The notes beneath the pieces were generated by a model. That model had not been told where the DNA came from. It did no database searches and saw only the letters and a program-made list of their open reading frames with translations. A program made the translations under genes and the position numbers. Shown piece after piece: positions 21,673 through 31,960 of a stretch of DNA of 64,000 bases. The stretch comes from a virus: positions 1 through 64,000 of IMG/VR virus record IMGVR_UViG_3300021963_000051. One strand, 5' to 3'. Position 1 is the first letter of the stretch, and each line of letters starts with the position of its first letter.

Positions 21673-24600
21673 TTAGGTACCTGAATTTATAGATAACTGA
21701 TTCATTGTAATAGCATCTATTATTTCTATATCATCAATAGTTGCCGCACTTATTAAAATTTCATTAGGCAAACAATCTATTTCAAATAAATTACCGAATA
21801 TACTTTTATCTTTAGATACAATTACAAAATTTGTAATATTAGGAGAAACTAGATTCATTACATATGTAGATAGTTCTGTAAAATAAAATTTTTGACCAAA
21901 TTCCCAATTATCAACAGCAAAAAACTCATTAATTGCTGTTAGTATTTTAATTTTTAAATCATTATCATTAGTGACCATTTTACTATTTTTAACAGCTCTA
22001 AAAGTAGCTTGAAGTCGTGTATTTGCTTTCACACCAAATAAGGGCTTGTAAATGACTGAATTAAAAATGATTTCATCGCTTATTGATTTTATTGTATCTA
22101 AACTTTCTTTATAATTTTTTTCCAATTCTTGCGAAGTAGGTGCCAGTGGCTCAGATATTGAATTCCCAATTATATAATTTCTATATTCAGTATCATAAGA
22201 ACTAGTTAGAACATAGATGTCGATTATATTTGATTTACTGGGATCAATTCTTCGTTGAGATCCTGTATTATGTATATAATGAAACTTAAGATCAGATCTT
22301 CCTTGTCTGGCTATATACTGATCTGTATAAACAAGTAAAGATAAATTTGAAGACCAATACTTCATCGTATCTATGTTTGTGAAATAGAATAATTGATTGT
22401 CAACCTTCATCTCGTCAATAACCTGATCTTCACTTGTTAATTGTATCACAGACTCTTTTGTTAGATTATAACTTTTTCCGTCGACAGTTTTTTTAAAATA
22501 AACAAATTTATCTTGTACTATTGTTTCAAAACTATCGATTTTCAAATATTCTCCAGCATTATTATAATCATATAGACTTACATAAACTTTTTTATTATTT
22601 ACAAAGCCATCAGTCTCTATTACTAGGCTATCAATTTGCCATATATTATCTTCTCCAATAGATTCTTTCTCAGCAACATTAGGAGTAAGATTAACTGGCA
22701 AAATTTCTATTTTATCTTTCAATAGAGTATTAGTAGTATAGTCAAAATTTACAGAACTATTATCTACATAAAACGCAGTCTGAAGTACACTTTCAAATAT
22801 ATAAATTAATGAACGACTTCTAATTCTATAATTTCTGCCATTCCATACAAAGGCAACTAACCAGCTTGCATCTAAATTTAAATCTGTAGTATTTTCTTGA
22901 AAATCTAAATTAAAATCTGAATTTAAATCTAAATTAGAATTTAAAATGAATTCCCATTCTCTGGTAATTCGGTTTATGGTCAATCCAAAATTTCTATAAC
23001 CTAAACATTGATTAGCTATTTCATTTTCTATAGGAAATGATAAAATACTTTTGTATACAGAAACTACTTCTATGGGAATAGAACCTGAAGGAACTCTAGT
23101 AGAAAGAATAATCGGACCGGTTCCATCTTCTAATAAACTGGCGCCGTCGTTTACTACCTGTTTGACTGTTGCCCAAATATATGTTCTGCCGTTACTAGGC
23201 AAATTCCTAGGTATAGGATTATAACCTCCGCCCGCCTGTTGTACAGTCCAATACGGTTTATTACCACTCAAAGCTCTATCTGAATCAATTAAATCTGATG
23301 CAGTAAAAAAACTATTTAAAAATGCAGGAGTAGAAATATTATATCCAAGTCTCAAACATTCATCAGTCCAATATTTTAAGCCATCATAGTCCGGATCTCT
23401 ATATAGACCATATCTTGTTCCTGCTGTAGTAGAGTACGCAGAATTTCCCGTATATAATGGTAATATATTCAGTGCTTTGATATAGTATTGTTTAAAGGTA
23501 TAATCACCTCTTGCCAAATCTACAAACTTTAAAATATCAAAACCTAAAACATCCTCTTCTTGTAAAAATTGAAGTCGATTTTGTTCATCAAAATACATAC
23601 CATCAGGAGCTGAAAATTTTATTTTAGATCCAACTTCTACGTATTGTAAATTATTATCTGTATACTTAGAACCAACTTTATAGGTACCATTGCTATTGTA
23701 AAAATAACCTCTACTCTGTCCTGGAGTTTCATTAACTTCTTGCCACTTTAATCCTAAATAAATTAGACTAGGTTTTTCATAGTGATCATAATAAAACGAT
23801 GAAAGTTTAGGACTGTTTATTATGGATGCTAGGTTATTTTTTAAAACACTAAAAATTTGATTCCTATTAACAAAGGTAAAATCAAAGAACTGTTCTTCGA
23901 TTTCTTTGTAAAGTATTCCATCATCTCCAAAAATATTTGTCGAACTGGCTTTGCCTGTAACATCAATTAGATCAAAATATCTACTGATTCCGCTTGAAAT
24001 TCTATTAACGCTCTTTACTTTAAGAATACCAGAACCTGCATTTAAAGGTCCTATATTGTAATCTTCAGCAGTGATCATCCTATTTTGTAGATAATAGGTC
24101 TGGGGTGCTTTTAATTTTATATCTGAATCTGATTCCGCACCAGAACTATTAGAAATAGTGTATTGAAGTCCTAATGTAACTGATAATGTGTGTTCTTGTC
24201 CTGAGACATTTTTATAAGGAACTAGAATAGTAATACCCGCTAGATCATCCGGTTTAATTACATAGGTTAAACCATTGCTCTGTCTATAAAATAATCTAAA
24301 CTCCCCCTTGGGCAAATCTCCGAACACCCCATCTGTAAAATTTAAATCAATTTGATCATCTGCTCTAGAAGTTACTGAATACAAATTTTTCTGTAATTTG
24401 CTAATACTGTTATAGATAATATTATTTCCAACTACAGAAGGAATTTTTTCCCATAATGTTTCAAAATTTCCCTGTTTGTTTAATTGCCATAACCAAACAT
24501 CTGTATCATTAATGTTTGGTGTATTGATTCCTATAATTTCATTTGGAACTGGATTACTAATATTGAAATTGGCTAAACTCAAATTGCCTTGCTTGAATAA

Positions 24601-25359
24601 TAAAAAGAATCCGCTGTTTGCACTGCCCGATCCTTGTTTGTCATCTCTAAAAACTAAATTAAGCGGATTAGCTGGTCTTGGAGGACTTTCATAGATATAA
24701 TCTTTACCATCGAATGTACAAGATACCACTTCAAATGTCATATTGGTATTGCTTACAGACTTAGTAAAGTTATACAAAGGAACATCAGTATTTACAGTAT
24801 TAAAACTATAGGCTTCTGTTCTAATCCCATCAATATTTTTAAAGGATTTAGATGATCCGAATTTAGTTATTAATGCTGAATTTATAATGTTTATAAACTG
24901 TTGGTACCAATCGGCATTTAATCCATCGTTCCAAAGTATTGTTACATCTGATAAGTTTACCCCGTTTGAATCAAATACATTATCAGTTGTACTGATACCT
25001 GTTATTTTAAGAAGTCCACTAGCTGGAATATTCCTGTGCGGATTATAACTAATTAATTGAGCTAATTTTAATATACTATCTCTGCGCTGCGCAGTTTCTA
25101 AAAAATTTTCTCTGGCATTAAGATCTATCCTAAAACTTAAATTTTGCCCTAAAAAAGCAATTAAATCTATTAGAGCAATGTATTCACTCGATTCTATATA
25201 GTCATTAAAATCTTCAGGATAATTTTCCTGCAGATATGAAATCATTACCCTTCTAATAGTATCAAAATCATAACTTTTAAAATCAGCAAACTTGAAAGAT
25301 TGATAAATTTTGGTCCAATCTTGATTTACTAATAATTTTTTTCTAGAATCAGGAATCAT
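21673..25359 (-). CDS. gp6: Baseplate wedge subunit, T4 gp6-like
   Basis: DFDTIRRVMISYL...DFNDYIESSE...LIDLIAF...ENFLETAQRRDSILKLAQLISYNP and GAESDSDIKLKAP..Y..QNRMITAEDY; follows gp25. Confidence 0.85.
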   Translation of the reverse strand: MIPDSRKKLLVNQDWTKIYQSFKFADFKSYDFDTIRRVMISYLQENYPEDFNDYIESSEYIALIDLIAFLGQNLSFRIDLNARENFLETAQRRDSILKLAQLISYNPHRNIPASGLLKITGISTTDNVFDSNGVNLSDVTILWNDGLNADWYQQFINIINSALITKFGSSKSFKNIDGIRTEAYSFNTVNTDVPLYNFTKSVSNTNMTFEVVSCTFDGKDYIYESPPRPANPLNLVFRDDKQGSGSANSGFFLLFKQGNLSLANFNISNPVPNEIIGINTPNINDTDVWLWQLNKQGNFETLWEKIPSVVGNNIIYNSISKLQKNLYSVTSRADDQIDLNFTDGVFGDLPKGEFRLFYRQSNGLTYVIKPDDLAGITILVPYKNVSGQEHTLSVTLGLQYTISNSSGAESDSDIKLKAPQTYYLQNRMITAEDYNIGPLNAGSGILKVKSVNRISSGISRYFDLIDVTGKASSTNIFGDDGILYKEIEEQFFDFTFVNRNQIFSVLKNNLASIINSPKLSSFYYDHYEKPSLIYLGLKWQEVNETPGQSRGYFYNSNGTYKVGSKYTDNNLQYVEVGSKIKFSAPDGMYFDEQNRLQFLQEEDVLGFDILKFVDLARGDYTFKQYYIKALNILPLYTGNSAYSTTAGTRYGLYRDPDYDGLKYWTDECLRLGYNISTPAFLNSFFTASDLIDSDRALSGNKPYWTVQQAGGGYNPIPRNLPSNGRTYIWATVKQVVNDGASLLEDGTGPIILSTRVPSGSIPIEVVSVYKSILSFPIENEIANQCLGYRNFGLTINRITREWEFILNSNLDLNSDFNLDFQENTTDLNLDASWLVAFVWNGRNYRIRSRSLIYIFESVLQTAFYVDNSSVNFDYTTNTLLKDKIEILPVNLTPNVAEKESIGEDNIWQIDSLVIETDGFVNNKKVYVSLYDYNNAGEYLKIDSFETIVQDKFVYFKKTVDGKSYNLTKESVIQLTSEDQVIDEMKVDNQLFYFTNIDTMKYWSSNLSLLVYTDQYIARQGRSDLKFHYIHNTGSQRRIDPSKSNIIDIYVLTSSYDTEYRNYIIGNSISEPLAPTSQELEKNYKESLDTIKSISDEIIFNSVIYKPLFGVKANTRLQATFRAVKNSKMVTNDNDLKIKILTAINEFFAVDNWEFGQKFYFTELSTYVMNLVSPNITNFVIVSKDKSIFGNLFEIDCLPNEILISAATIDDIEIIDAITMNQLSINSGT

Positions 25360-25409
25360 ATCTGTATTTTATTATGTTTATAATATTTATTTTGCTATTA
25401 TCTCAGTAG

Positions 25410-25847
25410 TTATTGAACCTTTAATCCTACCTTTTGATCAAATGCTAAACGCAAAGTAGCAGTCTCATTAGTACTTTTTATTAGTAAAGTTATCTCTACA
25501 AGATAACCTTGATCATATTCATTAATTTTAATTTCTAAAGGTGTAGTTCTAGGATCAAAACTACAGATATTTTTAATATCAGCGGTAAGCAAATCCCTAA
25601 TTTGATCAGTTAATGGTTCCATAATAAGGTCCCAAATTATAGTACCAAACTCGGGATTCATAACTCGTTCTCCCTTTCTAGTATTAAAATGATTCAATAT
25701 ATCTTGCTTGATTAATTCAAAATCAAATAACTTTGCGTCGCTGTTGAGGTTATCAACCGTGCTAAAGCCCTTATAAATGTGCCTTCTCACATTGGCTTGG
25801 CTAACTGTGTAAGGAGTTGGAGATAATTCTATATTTTTGTAAGGCAT
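25410..25847 (-). CDS. gp25: Baseplate wedge subunit, gp25-like
   Basis: IKQDILNHFNTRKGERVMNPEFGTIIWDLIMEP is the gp25/GPW family motif. Confidence 0.9.
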   Translation of the reverse strand: MPYKNIELSPTPYTVSQANVRRHIYKGFSTVDNLNSDAKLFDFELIKQDILNHFNTRKGERVMNPEFGTIIWDLIMEPLTDQIRDLLTADIKNICSFDPRTTPLEIKINEYDQGYLVEITLLIKSTNETATLRLAFDQKVGLKVQ

Positions 25848-25854
25848 TGACTAT

Positions 25855-28200
25855 TTATGGTCCTGCAGAACCTGTTCTAATAGGGTTTCCACTTGAATCT
25901 GTCACTATACCGCCTGTACCTGAACTGAGTGTAGTACCTTTTAGTTGTCCTAAGAAACATTCATAATAACCTTTTTTCTTTGCCTTAATGTCAGGAGTAT
26001 TAAATCCTACACTGGCACAAGCAGCTTCAAAATATCCACCATCATTAGTATTGGCTTTACATCTGTCTAACAAATATAAAACACTTACTTGAGCCGCTAT
26101 TTCACTCTTGTTTAGCAAGGTAGGATCATCTAATAAAGAAGTTGGAGTAGGTAACAATCTTTTATCATACATTTGTTTGCTATATTTGGCATAATTTGCT
26201 CTACCGGTCAACTGAATATAGCCCCTACCAATATACTTACCACCATCGCCGGGTTGAGTATTACCAAGTCCTTTACCCTTATTTGTTTGGTATCCATACA
26301 AAAACTCAGGCAAACTGTTATTTGGATTTCCAGCATATTGCTGTGCTAGAGCCTGATCCCCTTTGAATACACTAGGGAATACCTGTAACAATCGTTGTGC
26401 TGAATAATTAAAGTTTTCTTCGACAAGTTTCCAACTACACTCGCCACCGGCTATACCTAATAGACTAGCCACAGCATAAGGACTAGTGAAACCTAATTGA
26501 TTACAAGCATTTTTTAAAGCAGCTATTCCTGCCTGTGCAGAAGAATTATTGATATCTTTAGCAAATTTAGGATCACAAGTCCCTGCATTAACTTCAGGCT
26601 GATTGGCTGGTTGTTGCGGATCAGAGGCACCGCCAGCTGCACCAGCAGGGTTAGGAGCAATACCATCTTTTGTTCTATCGGCTAATGTTACATCAGTAGC
26701 GGCAGGGCTAAACTGAGCAGGGTTTATGTTTTCATGTTGATCCCAGGGCTCATGAGTAGGAACTCTCTGCATAATACTTTTAATCGGTTCAGATCTATAA
26801 AATATATTACCTTCCCATCCTTTCTTCTTTTCTCGATTTGGTAGGGTAAACAATGGAAGAATAGGAGGAGATTCTGCCTGCGTTGCTATAGCTGGTGAAT
26901 CGGCCGCTGGGCCATTTAAATCTATTTGACTACCGGTCACATAGACATTACCATTAGCGCCTATATGTAACGACGCTCCACTGCCTATTTTTACATGATC
27001 TTCTCCGCTAAGATCTAGCCCACCGGAAGCACTAGCTACAAGATTTTTTCCTGTCAATAATTCTAAATTTCCTACTACGGTACTTTTATAAACTCCGCCA
27101 ATAATTTGATCTTTATTTCCTCTTACACTGATTTTAGCATTATCTTCAACTGCTAAAAAATAGTATCCCCCAATATTGGTTTCATAATTTTTACCTGCTC
27201 TAACATGAATATTTCTCCCCGCTTCAAAATTTATATCTCTATCAGCCCTAAAATTAAAATCATGCTGGGTATGTATACTAACACTATCGTAAGCGAAAAT
27301 ATCTATCTTTCCATTACTGGTTAATTCTATCCAGGCAGTACCCCTACTGTTGCCAATATAAATCAAATCACTACTATTATGTAACAGCACTTGGTGTCCT
27401 GTACGAGTTCTTATTCTTACTAATTCATTTTTACCTTCAGCATCACCATCATCCATTATAAAGGTTGTACCCCCTAACCTGCTGACAAATGCTTCAATAC
27501 CATCTCTAGATTTTGTTTTATAACCTATTTTGCCTCGTTTAGCACCATCTGAATCATCTATCGGGCCAGGAGTACTAATACCGTAAACTGAGTTAGGTAC
27601 CTCACGCCTTGCTCCACTACTTGTTACACCCCTAATTACATCTTTCAAAAGTCCTTGATTTAATAATCTATCGGCAAAGGGATGTACAGGTTTAGGTTTT
27701 CCAGCTGGACTTGCCCCATCCTTTAAACTAGTCTTATGTCTTTCTGCTACGGGTAAGTATGAAGTTTGATACTTTCTCATCTGAGCATCTGTCATCAATA
27801 CTTCAGTGCTGGCAGCTAGGCCTGGCAGCATGTGATTTTGAAAAGGATCTTGAACACAACCAAACCAATAACATTGATTAGCATCGCCACCGACAAAAAT
27901 TACCATAACAGTAGTACCGATATCAGGAGGCACAAACCAAAATCCGTAACTTTTCTGAACATCGTTGAAATCACCAGGATTATTGCCTTCAAACCTTACT
28001 GATGTAAATCCCATAAATGGACTACAGTAATTCGCTACATAAACCTCTGCTTGAAACTCTGTACTACTGGGCACAGTTTTAATAAGAGCTACTTCAAGTC
28101 GACCCATATACATTGGATCTAAGTGATTAGTGACTTCAGCTAGAAATGGTCCTGCTGAAGGAGGGGGACTTCTTTTTCTTGTTTCAAAATTTTGAGTCAT
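25855..28200 (-). CDS. gp5: Baseplate central spike (gp5/VgrG-like) with a C-terminal GH19 lysozyme domain
   Basis: N-terminal OB-fold (DPMYMGRLEV...PPDIGTTVMVIF), beta-helix repeats, then GNTQPGDGGKYIGRGYIQLTGRANY (GH19 signature). Confidence 0.85.
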   Translation of the reverse strand: MTQNFETRKRSPPPSAGPFLAEVTNHLDPMYMGRLEVALIKTVPSSTEFQAEVYVANYCSPFMGFTSVRFEGNNPGDFNDVQKSYGFWFVPPDIGTTVMVIFVGGDANQCYWFGCVQDPFQNHMLPGLAASTEVLMTDAQMRKYQTSYLPVAERHKTSLKDGASPAGKPKPVHPFADRLLNQGLLKDVIRGVTSSGARREVPNSVYGISTPGPIDDSDGAKRGKIGYKTKSRDGIEAFVSRLGGTTFIMDDGDAEGKNELVRIRTRTGHQVLLHNSSDLIYIGNSRGTAWIELTSNGKIDIFAYDSVSIHTQHDFNFRADRDINFEAGRNIHVRAGKNYETNIGGYYFLAVEDNAKISVRGNKDQIIGGVYKSTVVGNLELLTGKNLVASASGGLDLSGEDHVKIGSGASLHIGANGNVYVTGSQIDLNGPAADSPAIATQAESPPILPLFTLPNREKKKGWEGNIFYRSEPIKSIMQRVPTHEPWDQHENINPAQFSPAATDVTLADRTKDGIAPNPAGAAGGASDPQQPANQPEVNAGTCDPKFAKDINNSSAQAGIAALKNACNQLGFTSPYAVASLLGIAGGECSWKLVEENFNYSAQRLLQVFPSVFKGDQALAQQYAGNPNNSLPEFLYGYQTNKGKGLGNTQPGDGGKYIGRGYIQLTGRANYAKYSKQMYDKRLLPTPTSLLDDPTLLNKSEIAAQVSVLYLLDRCKANTNDGGYFEAACASVGFNTPDIKAKKKGYYECFLGQLKGTTLSSGTGGIVTDSSGNPIRTGSAGP

Positions 28201-31200
28201 GATTTAACCGATGGAAGATTATAGGTTGATCTGCTTACTAATTTATCCAAGGGATTCTGTCCAACAGACTTAGATCCGAACCTACTGGTTACTGAACTTG
28301 AAGCATTATAATCTTGAACGAACTTATCACCAACTAAAGGATTTAACATAACTTTGCCAGATTGGATCCTATTGTTTAAAATTTCATTATCAATTTGATT
28401 TGTATCTTTCCTTAAATTGCTTAAAGGATTATTTTGTCCGGCAGGAGATTGTTGTAGGGCATCGAAAATGTTTTGTTTAGATACTAGAGATCTGCTAATA
28501 TTATTAACGTTATTAGTGCCATATAAACTGGCAATCGCAGAAGCACCGCCAATAGCAGCAATTCTTTTTAGATTATCTATATTAGTATCAGGCAAAGGAG
28601 CAGCAGTATATGGTTGGGTGGCAGGTAAATTTTTAAATTCGCTGGAACTTATATATTCTAACTGTAGTCCTCTATCTAATTCTTCTCTTAGATCAATATT
28701 GTCAGGAACAGACTTAAAATCTGAAATCTGATTTGACATTTTACTAGTGAATTTACTGCTTAATCCAGACACCTTACTTAAATCAACACCTGCACGGGAT
28801 CCTAGTCCTAGAGGATCTGCCTTACTACCTAATAAAGATCCTATCTTATCTCTCGAACTAGATAAAATATTACTTGATTGATTGAACAAATTTGAGGCAG
28901 AATCTATTTTAGTTGAATCAATTTTTGACGGCAATCCTGATACATAGGATAATTGTTCAATGGTTAGATTATCATCAGATCTTAGAATATTTGTTACACC
29001 TTCTCCTATTCCACTGCCTTTAGTCTTTACCATAAGATTTTGAGCAACATAACTAGATATCATGTCATTAGATAAATTTGCATAATCCACTTTAGAACCC
29101 CCAGGAAATAGTGTGTCTATAGTAGATTTAACTTTTATTGCATTTTCTATAGAACTTTGACTGAGTGACGCTAATCCAATTTGATTCAGCCTAACATTTC
29201 TAGAAAAATCTGTGGGCAGTGAGGATCCTATTTGACTACTTCCAGAATCTAAAGAATCGGAAGCTGAGAAAGAGCCTAGTAAAGAACTTTTTAGAACATT
29301 AGAATCCCCCCCTAATCCACCAGGCGAATCTACGAAGTTTACAGACTCGCCTGGATTTCCAGAGTCCGGAATACCTCTGTTGAATTGTTCTTCAAGGGTA
29401 GAACTATCAACTCTTTGTCCAAAATCAATGGCTTGAGTAGTACCTTCTTTAATCTTATCGTCATTATTAGGTTTAAGAAGTAGAAAATCTTTAGGATCTT
29501 CAATTGGTATTTGTTGATCAATCACCTGCCCTGGTACCCTAATCATGTCTAGTTTTTGATGAAATAGACCGTCCTTGAAAATACTTTGACACTTAGTAAC
29601 CTTAAACACTCCAGAGAATGGAATTCTGTTAGAATCAAAATACATCATTCCACCTTCTTCAAAGCTCTTTATATCAATAGGATTCCTAAAGTTTACAGCA
29701 ATTAAAACTTCTCCTCGTATATTTGCTGCTTCACCATCTTCGGTTTCGAGATGAGATACCATTGTAGGACTATAATTTCCTATACCGCCAGTTACCACAA
29801 AAAACGGATCTCCTAATATTTCTAATTCCCCTCTAGAAAAGGATACACTATTCATCATCTTTTCATGCATCACCCTTGCCAGCACACTGAACGGATCATT
29901 CTTAGGTAATCCAGCATTATAGGTATTGGGCATCAAGACTTCTGTGGCTCCTGGATCTGCTTTTTTAGAACTCTCCGGTACTGAGGAAGTTGAGGAAATA
30001 GGACTATCTTTGAAATTAGGCACAGGCTTTCCCGAATTCCTGGCAGCCGTTTTGGCACCCGGTTGATCTTTTTGACCGGCATCAACAGGCACGGCCTCAA
30101 AAAATAAATTATTAAATTGTATTTTAAAATTTCTTACTTCTGTATTTTTACCTGTATAGATATAATCATACTCTCTTAATACTGACCGTTTAAGCTTCTT
30201 TTCATCTGTCTTTACATTACCTAGATTAGGAATGCTGGAAAAATGACACCTATAAGGAGTAACCACGTAGGTGTAAACATGATCAGGTTCTCTGGTCTTT
30301 GGATTTATATTGGCCTTATTTCCAACTTCAACTCTAATCATAAAATATTCTATCATCCCGTCATCATCAACGGGCAGTTTTTCTATAATGTTACTAATAT
30401 ATTCACTATCTCTTATGATCGAGCCTATAATATCATGAATATTTGCACCTTCTGGAAATTGTGCTACACTTTGTTTGGGCTCATAAGGGACTTCTTCTTT
30501 GACAGACTCAGTTTGAACCTTTCTTTCTTGGGCTATCTTATAGGCATTTTTCCTTTTATTTTCTGCAGGATCTACCATCCTATAGATATTGCTGTCAACT
30601 CCTAGTTCTGCTAATTTAGAGCTTCCTATGACTCCTTCTCTATCTTCTATCCATGATGTTCCAGATAGCTTTTCAAACCTTATCTTATATTCATCATAAC
30701 TTGAAGGAGTTCCAGATTTTTCTGCGTTTTGTATTTCCTGATCTGTTAAATTTAACATTAGGTCTTCTAATATTTCGTAGACCTTTTCTCCAGAAACCTT
30801 TGTAGCCTTTTTTAATCTACCTGCCTGTCCAAATGTTTTTTCATTATTAGGAATACATTTGACACTATATTTTGTACCTCTTTCAGTTACTTCAACTTCA
30901 GCACTGGCTATTTTTATAGGAAAAAATCTTGTGGCCTTAGGTACCTCTTCAGGTTCACCAAATTCAGAACTATCAGGATATCCCTTAAATTCCAATTTCA
31001 ATAAGAATGTAGCTGCCTTATAGTTGGCATATCCTGCCTTAACTGCTGCTACATGAAGAGCTTCTAAAAATCCATTCATACTGTAAGGTTCGATAATATC
31101 GAAACGCATAGAGGTAGGCAATGTCATACCACTGTCTTTTGTAAAAGACATTGCTGTCTCAATTTCTGCGTTATCAATAAAAAAATCAAAGCGTCCAGGA

Positions 31201-31658
31201 CTGTCCTTGTTAAATCCCTGTACAGCCTGCATATTTTCTAACCTACCTTTTGATCTAGCTACTTGCCTACCTTTCAACCCTAAATCATCCTGTATATCTC
31301 TTATATTTTTTTCTAATTCAATTTGCTGGGGATCTGGATTGGCTATACCTTCGGAACCTTTTCCGCCACTTCTTAAAATTAGTAATTCCTCAACGCTTCG
31401 TCTATATGCCTTAGGATCTTTAATATCTTCTTTATAGATAGCAGATAGTGTAAAATTATAAGTGCAAGACCTATAACTAGTCAAAACATTTTTCTTGCCA
31501 GTTATGGTAAATTCAGACTTTTTATCTTCATCTTTTGAGGCTGTATTACCAGTTTTCTCAGAAGTAAAAGTTTTTCGTTCTACCGTAGGATCATTAGATT
31601 CAGCAGGGGTAGGTACAAAGGCCGATTCATAACCTGTATAATTATATTGTTCTGCCAT
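28197..31658 (-). CDS. Baseplate hub/tail protein (gp27-like position) with a long Ser-rich C-terminal extension
   Basis: Lies between gp53-like and gp5-like genes; LEILGDPFF and FSGVFKVTKCQSIFKDGLFHQKL motifs typical of hub proteins. Confidence 0.6.
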   Translation of the reverse strand: MAEQYNYTGYESAFVPTPAESNDPTVERKTFTSEKTGNTASKDEDKKSEFTITGKKNVLTSYRSCTYNFTLSAIYKEDIKDPKAYRRSVEELLILRSGGKGSEGIANPDPQQIELEKNIRDIQDDLGLKGRQVARSKGRLENMQAVQGFNKDSPGRFDFFIDNAEIETAMSFTKDSGMTLPTSMRFDIIEPYSMNGFLEALHVAAVKAGYANYKAATFLLKLEFKGYPDSSEFGEPEEVPKATRFFPIKIASAEVEVTERGTKYSVKCIPNNEKTFGQAGRLKKATKVSGEKVYEILEDLMLNLTDQEIQNAEKSGTPSSYDEYKIRFEKLSGTSWIEDREGVIGSSKLAELGVDSNIYRMVDPAENKRKNAYKIAQERKVQTESVKEEVPYEPKQSVAQFPEGANIHDIIGSIIRDSEYISNIIEKLPVDDDGMIEYFMIRVEVGNKANINPKTREPDHVYTYVVTPYRCHFSSIPNLGNVKTDEKKLKRSVLREYDYIYTGKNTEVRNFKIQFNNLFFEAVPVDAGQKDQPGAKTAARNSGKPVPNFKDSPISSTSSVPESSKKADPGATEVLMPNTYNAGLPKNDPFSVLARVMHEKMMNSVSFSRGELEILGDPFFVVTGGIGNYSPTMVSHLETEDGEAANIRGEVLIAVNFRNPIDIKSFEEGGMMYFDSNRIPFSGVFKVTKCQSIFKDGLFHQKLDMIRVPGQVIDQQIPIEDPKDFLLLKPNNDDKIKEGTTQAIDFGQRVDSSTLEEQFNRGIPDSGNPGESVNFVDSPGGLGGDSNVLKSSLLGSFSASDSLDSGSSQIGSSLPTDFSRNVRLNQIGLASLSQSSIENAIKVKSTIDTLFPGGSKVDYANLSNDMISSYVAQNLMVKTKGSGIGEGVTNILRSDDNLTIEQLSYVSGLPSKIDSTKIDSASNLFNQSSNILSSSRDKIGSLLGSKADPLGLGSRAGVDLSKVSGLSSKFTSKMSNQISDFKSVPDNIDLREELDRGLQLEYISSSEFKNLPATQPYTAAPLPDTNIDNLKRIAAIGGASAIASLYGTNNVNNISRSLVSKQNIFDALQQSPAGQNNPLSNLRKDTNQIDNEILNNRIQSGKVMLNPLVGDKFVQDYNASSSVTSRFGSKSVGQNPLDKLVSRSTYNLPSVKS

Positions 31659-31659
31659 A

Positions 31660-31959
31660 TTATCTAGATAAAACTTGATTTAAAACACTAAGTTTAGGCA
31701 GGTAGATCTTTACTCCTGCTTTTAGATCAAAAATAGGGTCCTTAATTAAATCTTTATTTCTTATAGCGAAAACCCACCATAATTTTGTATCTTTATATAA
31801 ATCATAGGCCAATAAGTCCGGCCTATATTGATATAGTGATGTTACTTCAAATAAGATATCATCAGACTGACTAGGAATATTTGTAAATGATAGAACATCT
31901 AAATAATCATTTACTATTCCTGTTTTATAATACGGGCTTCTATAACTATAAATGGCCAT
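31660..31959 (-). CDS. gp53: Baseplate wedge protein, gp53/LysM-like
   Basis: YRPDLLAYDLYKDTKLWWVFAIRN...DPIFD...G..IYLP. Confidence 0.8.
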   Translation of the reverse strand: MAIYSYRSPYYKTGIVNDYLDVLSFTNIPSQSDDILFEVTSLYQYRPDLLAYDLYKDTKLWWVFAIRNKDLIKDPIFDLKAGVKIYLPKLSVLNQVLSR

Positions 31960-31960
31960 G

